This document shows positions 58,569 through 64,000 of a stretch of DNA of 64,000 nucleotides, one piece after another. The DNA is taken from assembly GCA_903882905.1 (NCBI GenBank), contig CAIRYW010000027.1:1031-65030 (forward strand), given 5' to 3'. The DNA is from an uncultured bacterium (GTDB lineage: Bacteria > Patescibacteriota > Minisyncoccia > Phycocordibacterales > CAIRYW01). A program made the translations under genes and the position numbers. The notes under the pieces were generated by a model. That model ran no database searches and had not been told where the DNA came from. It worked only from the letters and a program-made list of their open reading frames with translations. The number at the start of each line of letters is the position of its first letter. The stretch's first letter is position 1.

Positions 58569-59204
58569 ATGGCAGATTCAGAGCAGAAAAATAACACAGA
58601 TATTTTGGATGAAAATAGGCATGGACATTTCGATATAAAAATTTGTGTTTCTGGGGCAGCAGAATTAAATCATTTAAATCCACGAGTCCATGATATTGCA
58701 AAAGAATTAGGAAAGCAGATTACTCTTCAAGGAGCAGCTATAGTAACGGGTGCAACAACAGGTTTTCCCTTTTGGGCAGCAATGGGGGCAAAAGAAGCAG
58801 GAGGAAAATCAATTGGATTTTCACCAGCTAAAAATGAAAAAGAACATGTTGAAACCTACAGATTACCTTTAGATTTTATGGATATCATTATTTATACAGG
58901 TTTTGGTTATCCTGGGAGAGATTTAGAACTTACACGTTCTTCAGATGGAATAATCATTGGTCCTGGTAGAATCGGAACTTTTCATGAATTCACTATTGCT
59001 TTTGAAGACGGTAAACCTATTGGTGTATTGACTAGTGATGATTGGGAAACAGACGAAATTATTAAAACAATTTTGGATAAAAGTAACAGGCAAACAGAGA
59101 ATCAGGTAATTTTTGACTCAGATCCAAAAATTTTAGTGGCAAAAATTATTGAAATGGTAAAGAAAAATAAAGTTAACGATACCTATAAAGATAAAGCGTA
59201 TTAG
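58569..59204 (+). CDS. LOG/SLOG family nucleotide-binding protein
   Basis: CVSGAA, TGATTG, GRIGTFHE. Confidence 0.8.
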   Translation: MADSEQKNNTDILDENRHGHFDIKICVSGAAELNHLNPRVHDIAKELGKQITLQGAAIVTGATTGFPFWAAMGAKEAGGKSIGFSPAKNEKEHVETYRLPLDFMDIIIYTGFGYPGRDLELTRSSDGIIIGPGRIGTFHEFTIAFEDGKPIGVLTSDDWETDEIIKTILDKSNRQTENQVIFDSDPKILVAKIIEMVKKNKVNDTYKDKAY

Positions 59205-59230
59205 GTAAACCGATAGGTAACTGTTTAAAG

Positions 59231-59262
59231 AAAAAGCACCGCCCTAGGTGGTGCTTTTTCTT
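59231..59262. terminator. terminator between convergent genes
   Basis: aaaaagcacc-gccctaggt-ggtgcttttt. Confidence 0.75.
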
Positions 59263-59293
59263 TTTTTGTATATTGTTAACTTGAACTGGCTTC

Positions 59294-59638
59294 CTACATC
59301 ACTTTTTCAACAACTTTTTGGAAAGTAGATGGATTTTCTATCGCAAGAGCAGCGAGCATTTTTCTGTTTAGTTTGACGTTTGCTTTGTTCATCTTATCAA
59401 TGAACTTACTGTATGAAATACCTGCTGTTTTCAAAGGAATTGAAATAACAACTTGCCAATCTCCTCTTCTGTCAGCTTTTTTGTCTTTTCTGTGAGCAAA
59501 AGAATATCTGCCAGCGTGAACTATTGCCTCGTAAGCTTGTTTTTCTTTTGTTCCTCTGCCGAAACGATATCCTTTTACAGCTTTTAGGACATTTCTTCTT
59601 GTTTTGAGTGCGTTTACTCCTTTCTTAACTCTTGTCAT
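59294..59638 (-). CDS. rplT: 50S ribosomal protein L20
   Basis: MTRVKKG, LNRKMLA. Confidence 0.96.
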   Translation of the reverse strand: MTRVKKGVNALKTRRNVLKAVKGYRFGRGTKEKQAYEAIVHAGRYSFAHRKDKKADRRGDWQVVISIPLKTAGISYSKFIDKMNKANVKLNRKMLAALAIENPSTFQKVVEKVM

Positions 59639-59670
59639 GTAAGTAGTGGTTAGTTATTAGTAATTAAAAT

Positions 59671-59853
59671 TTAAAAGTTTAAATATCTACGTTTCTCACC
59701 GGTGCTCATTGGAAAGTTTCCTTGCCTCTTTTTTTCTAGCTGCTTTCCTCTAGATTCTTTTGCATTGAAATGGTTTTGACCCGGCGCTCTGGCCTTGATT
59801 TTACCGTTTTTACTGACCTTCAATCTTTTTGAAAAAGACTTATTTGTTTTCAT
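59671..59853 (-). CDS. rpmI: 50S ribosomal protein L35
   Basis: MKTNKSFSKR; lies between infC and rplT. Confidence 0.9.
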   Translation of the reverse strand: MKTNKSFSKRLKVSKNGKIKARAPGQNHFNAKESRGKQLEKKRQGNFPMSTGEKRRYLNF

Positions 59854-59994
59854 TTTTAATGCTTTATTTATGTATAATTTTAATCTTTGGCAAACCTACA
59901 AAAGCCAAGTTTTTAATGACTTTTACTTCAATCTCAATAAATAGATACTAGAAGAAGTTCGTACAATTCTACCTATATCTAGCTAAATGTCAAC

Positions 59995-60045
59995 AAAAAC
60001 CAAGGACTGTCCTTAAATCTTCAGAAAGGACAGTCCTTGGTTTTT
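59995..60045. repeat. 20-bp inverted repeat of the CCAAGGAC family
   Basis: aaaaaccaaggactgtcctt-aaatcttcaga-aaggacagtccttggttttt. Confidence 0.8.
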
Positions 60046-60059
60046 TAAGGTTTAAATTT

Positions 60060-60566
60060 TTAGGATCTCTGTTTCTCGATTACGGCATTTAGGCCCTTTG
60101 GACCCCTTTTTGGTTCATCCATGGTGTAAGGCACAGATATAAGCTTCAGGATTCTATCAAGTCTTACTTTAAGGAAATTTGTATCTAGCATCTTTGATCT
60201 TCCTGTGAGAAATAGGTCTAATTTTACTTTGTGACCCTCAGTAAGCCATTCAGAGATTTTTTTTGCTTTAAGTATTAGATCGTGTTCTCCAGTACCAATT
60301 TTGATTTGAAGCGATTTTACTTCAGTGCTTTTTGATTTAGATTTTGCAACCTTTTGCTTTTTACTTTCTTGATATTGGTATTTTCCAAAATCTTGAATTT
60401 TTGCAATAGGAGGGAGTGCGTTAGGGGAGATTTCGATTAGGTCAAGTCCTGCATCTTTGGCTTTTGCCAACGCTTCTGCAAATGGCAACACACCTAGATT
60501 TTCTCCTTCTTCATCTATAACTCGGAGCTCTTTAGCTCGGATTTGATTATTTATTCGTGGTTCCAA
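60060..60566 (-). CDS. infC: translation initiation factor IF-3 (TTG start)
   Basis: INNQIRAKELRVI, LDLIEISPNA.PP, DFGKYQY. Confidence 0.95.
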   Translation of the reverse strand: MEPRINNQIRAKELRVIDEEGENLGVLPFAEALAKAKDAGLDLIEISPNALPPIAKIQDFGKYQYQESKKQKVAKSKSKSTEVKSLQIKIGTGEHDLILKAKKISEWLTEGHKVKLDLFLTGRSKMLDTNFLKVRLDRILKLISVPYTMDEPKRGPKGLNAVIEKQRS

Positions 60567-60735
60567 TTAATTTATTTACTCTAATTATTGGCAAAATATT
60601 AGCATGAATTTAGGTAGCTTACAATTAAAGCTAATTTTAATTAATTTACAAGCTGTGCATAACTTGTGTACATTCGGTGAATATCGGGTGTATAATTTGT
60701 GTAAATAAAAACCGCAACCCCTTACTCTAAAACAT

Positions 60736-60970
60736 ATGAATCCTTCTCCTAGCTCTTTGTTTGAAGACAGTTTGTTGGTTCGTTGCCTCCGTCAAGAGGA
60801 AAGAGAGATCGACAGCCCTCTCAACCTACTTGGCACTGCCCAAGTCATCCACGATGATCCTCATTCAAGACCAGGATCGTCAATCATCCACTACCTCGTC
60901 AGTGGAGGTCTCGGAAGACACCGGCATGCGTTTCTCGCAGCGCAACACAATTGACTCTGTTCTTTCATAG
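60736..60970 (+). CDS. possible small hypothetical protein (two overlapping frames; true frame unresolved)
   Basis: GC-richer stretch between a TATAAT and a terminator at about 60971-61007. Confidence 0.3.
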
Positions 60971-61012
60971 CGCCACGACTTCTCCTTGAAGTTCGCGGCA
61001 TTTTTTTGGAAA

Positions 61013-61894
61013 TTAATTACTTATTTTAATTTGATTTTCTGCATTCAAAACCATTTCAGCTTTTCCGTTGTAAGGCTTATTTGTTCCTGAAACTAAAATA
61101 GTTTTTCCAATATAGGTTGAAAGATTTTTAAAATTCTTAATGTTTTCTGAAAATATTACTACACTGAAAGGACAATTCTTGTAGCTAGAACAATAATCAA
61201 AAAAAGTCATTCCTCCTGTTGATTTATAAATATTTATTATTTTTCCTTTGACAGTAAGACTTTCTCCAATATGGTCGGGAGCTTCTTTGTAATCAATTAT
61301 TTTTGAATAATCTACAGGATTTGTTGTTGTGCTTGTTCCATTATTTACTACAAGTATTTTTTTCAAGATATTTTCATATTGGCTACGCAAATTTTCATTA
61401 GTTCCAACCTCAAGAACTTCGTCGTTTGCTGTTGTAGCAGAAGATGTCCAGTTATAACTTCCAGAAGCAAAAGCTTTTTCGCTGACAATAGTTTTAATAT
61501 GCATAATACCGTCTTGATGCTTTTCCGTTTCTATATTTATTCCCGCAGACTGAAGTTTTTCTATGATCGGTTTTTCGTATGGGTCGGTTGAGTTTACTCT
61601 GTCAGTTATTCCCTGAACAATTACTCCACGATTTTTTGCATTAATTAATGCATCGACAATATTTTCCTTTGTAAATTCATAAATAGCGAAGTAAATATAT
61701 TTTTGCGCTCCGTTAATAATGTTGATTATTTCTTGGTCATTTTGCATTTTGCCTAGACTATAGACAACTCGAGTATCACTTTGTTTAGAAGATCCTAAAA
61801 ATTTATGTCCAATAAAAATACCAACAAGCAAAATAGCAATTGCAATTCCTAAATAAATAATTTTTCTTTTGAAATCCGATCCTTTAGATTCCAT
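61013..61894 (-). CDS. membrane-anchored phospholipase D/Nuc-family nuclease with C-terminal OB-like domain
   Basis: N-terminal TM segment; MHIK....E...GSYNWT; single HxK motif. Confidence 0.85.
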   Translation of the reverse strand: MESKGSDFKRKIIYLGIAIAILLVGIFIGHKFLGSSKQSDTRVVYSLGKMQNDQEIINIINGAQKYIYFAIYEFTKENIVDALINAKNRGVIVQGITDRVNSTDPYEKPIIEKLQSAGINIETEKHQDGIMHIKTIVSEKAFASGSYNWTSSATTANDEVLEVGTNENLRSQYENILKKILVVNNGTSTTTNPVDYSKIIDYKEAPDHIGESLTVKGKIINIYKSTGGMTFFDYCSSYKNCPFSVVIFSENIKNFKNLSTYIGKTILVSGTNKPYNGKAEMVLNAENQIKISN

Positions 61895-61983
61895 ATAACA
61901 ATATTCTACACCATCTCAAATTACCCAAGGACCGACCTATGGTACTTTATCCACAGGTAATTTATATGAGTTATAATTATGAT

Positions 61984-62571
61984 GTGGAAATACAACGTCC
62001 AAAATCAAAGCAACCAATTCCAGAGAATGCTAAAAGGGTTTTTAGCGGAATTCTTTTTGATGTTTATCATTGGGAACAGGAACTTTACGACGGCACAAGA
62101 ACTATTTTTGAAAAACTGAAAAGACAGGATACTGTTGTTATTTTTGGAGTACTAGATAATGGAAATATATTACTTTCGGAACAAGAACAACCAGGGAAAG
62201 AACCTTTTATAGGCGGGCTCGGTGGAAGAGTCGAAAAAGATGAGGATGTTTTGACTGCTGCGAAAAGAGAATTTTTGGAAGAAAGTGGTTTTGAGGCAGA
62301 AAGATTTATTCTTTGGCGAGCAGAACATCCTACTTCCAAAATCGATTGGGTAATTTACACATTTGTTGCAAAGGGCTTAAAAAAAGTTTCAGATTTGAAT
62401 TTAGACGGAGGAGAAAAAATAAAAATCAAAGAAGTTTCTTTTGATAATTTTTTAGAAATTTCAAAGGAGCATAATTTTTCTGAAAAGGAGATAGTGATTG
62501 AACTTCAGGAAGCTGTTTATGACCCAAAGAAAAAGGAAGAGCTAAAAAAACTTTTTGATCCGAAGAATTAA
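61984..62571 (+). CDS. NUDIX hydrolase (start uncertain: 61939, 61966 or 61984)
   Basis: GGRVEKDEDVLTAAKREFLEESG. Confidence 0.9.
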   Translation: MEIQRPKSKQPIPENAKRVFSGILFDVYHWEQELYDGTRTIFEKLKRQDTVVIFGVLDNGNILLSEQEQPGKEPFIGGLGGRVEKDEDVLTAAKREFLEESGFEAERFILWRAEHPTSKIDWVIYTFVAKGLKKVSDLNLDGGEKIKIKEVSFDNFLEISKEHNFSEKEIVIELQEAVYDPKKKEELKKLFDPKN

Positions 62572-62647
62572 TGTTTTACGAGTTAATTCGTCTGTATAGC
62601 TATGGTACAATTAGGAGCATAAAAGTTTAAGTGTCCTAAAAAATTTC

Positions 62648-64000
62648 ATGAATATTATTTCTATTAAAAAACGTATACCAAAATTTGCTAAAAACAAATA
62701 TTTTATTATTGGAGTAGTCGTTGTTGTGATTATTTTAATTTACTTATTCACGAGAGGTAAGAGTGCATCTGGAATTGAATCATCACCGGCCGCAATGGGT
62801 AATGTAATTGAAAAAGTAAGTGTTACGGGCACAGTAACACCAATTGGTAAGGCGGATTTGGCTTTTCAAAAAGGAGGAGTTGTTAGAGCTATAAATTTCA
62901 AAGTTGGGGATCAGGTAAAAAGAGGTGATGTTATTGCATCCTTAGATAGTGCTGATGATCGAGCAAATTTGGCTGGAGTACAGGCTAGTCTTGCTGATCT
63001 ACAAAGAGGTTTGCGTCCAGAAGAATTAGCTTTTGATCAATCAAATGTTAATAATGCTTCGACGACTTTGAATAATGCAAAAAGTGTTGCTTTGAATGCT
63101 TCTCGAGATGGTTACGTAAAAACGCAAAATGCAGTTTTTAATTATTCAGATAATTTCTTTAATAACGCACAGAGCTCAAATCCAACAATCAATATTCAAA
63201 CAGATTCTTATAATCAATCAAACAATTTGAATAACGAAAGATTGGTTGTTACCGACGCATTTAAAAATTGGAAATCAGATCTTGATTCTTCGTCTGGGAT
63301 TGGAGCAAGTAAATTACTTTCAAATTCGGAGAGTAATTTAAATACAATAAAAAATTTCTTGGGTGACGTATCTGCCGTAGTAAATAAATTAACACCAAAC
63401 GGATCATCTCTTTCTCAGGCGCAAATAGACAGCTATGTATCTGCGATGAATACAGCACTTTCAAACTTAAATACAGCTATTTCTTCTGTGACAAATGCAG
63501 ATACTGCACTTAAGAGTGCCTCTTCTGGATACGATCAAGCAGTTAATCAATTTGCAGTCCAAAAAGCTGGGTCATCACAGGATATGATTGATGCTGCTCA
63601 AGCAAAAGTTGACGCAGCACAAGCTGCACTTAATAAAGATAGTATATTTTCACCGATTGATGGACTACTTACAAAAGCTGATCCAAATGTTGGTGAGTTT
63701 GTTTCTCCAGGTGTAAATACTTTTGGAGTGATAAGTAACGGACAATTTAAAATTGATGCCTTTGTACCAGAAGCCGATATTGCAAAAGTTGCAATAAACA
63801 ATAGTGCGGATGTGACTTTAGATGCCTATGGATCGAACGTTATTTTTAAAGCAACCGTCACCGCAATTGATCCTGCTGAAACAGTGCTTCAAGGAGTTCC
63901 AACGTATAAAGTGACTTTGCAATTTATTCAAAAAGATGACCGTATTCGTTCGGGCATGACAGCAAATACTGATATTTTGACTCATGAAAAAGATAACGTT
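62648..64000 (+). CDS. HlyD/RND-MFP membrane fusion adaptor (runs off window end)
   Basis: ATG 62648, TM segment, VSVTGTV, VGDQVKRGDVIASLD, long coiled coil, SPIDG, IRSGMTA. Confidence 0.88.
   Translation, partial: MNIISIKKRIPKFAKNKYFIIGVVVVVIILIYLFTRGKSASGIESSPAAMGNVIEKVSVTGTVTPIGKADLAFQKGGVVRAINFKVGDQVKRGDVIASLDSADDRANLAGVQASLADLQRGLRPEELAFDQSNVNNASTTLNNAKSVALNASRDGYVKTQNAVFNYSDNFFNNAQSSNPTINIQTDSYNQSNNLNNERLVVTDAFKNWKSDLDSSSGIGASKLLSNSESNLNTIKNFLGDVSAVVNKLTPNGSSLSQAQIDSYVSAMNTALSNLNTAISSVTNADTALKSASSGYDQAVNQFAVQKAGSSQDMIDAAQAKVDAAQAALNKDSIFSPIDGLLTKADPNVGEFVSPGVNTFGVISNGQFKIDAFVPEADIAKVAINNSADVTLDAYGSNVIFKATVTAIDPAETVLQGVPTYKVTLQFIQKDDRIRSGMTANTDILTHEKDNV

Noticed and set aside
1-64000. 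CRISPR array, tRNA or rRNA genes
   Set aside because: No regularly spaced repeat-spacer array, cloverleaf or rRNA-like sequence was recognised; the palindromes are dispersed.

Overview
AT-rich bacterial chromosome segment that looks like a Patescibacteria (CPR, Parcubacteria-like) genome. Supporting signs are the absence of rpmD between rpsE and rplO, a type IV pilus cluster, ComEC, and a solitary VirB4/VirD4-like ATPase; TGA is used as a stop codon. The backbone is the nusA 5' end, pilB/pilC/pilins, tpiA-pgk, recJ, rnhA, comEC, sod, the str/S10/spc ribosomal cluster through secY-adk-map, ndk and infC-rpmI-rplT. The main accessory feature is a complete diversity-generating retroelement (DGR, 2191-5919) between pilB and pilC. 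It has a 625-aa target gene whose 140-nt variable repeat differs from the template repeat at 24 positions, all TR adenines, plus an avd-like gene on the opposite strand and a DGR reverse transcriptase. The 5' ends of avd and RT overlap antisense across a (GA)11 microsatellite, so one slippage event would frameshift both; this is a candidate phase-variation switch for the DGR. Other notable items are a G9 tract filling a promoter spacer upstream of secreted proteins, a repeated three-hairpin element in the ribosomal operon, a PheA-TyrA-ACT fusion with an internal stop beside a Phe/Tyr-rich leader peptide, a short 6S-like RNA, and several palindromic repeat families, some inside genes. All calls come from reading the sequence by eye; no searches or folding programs were run.
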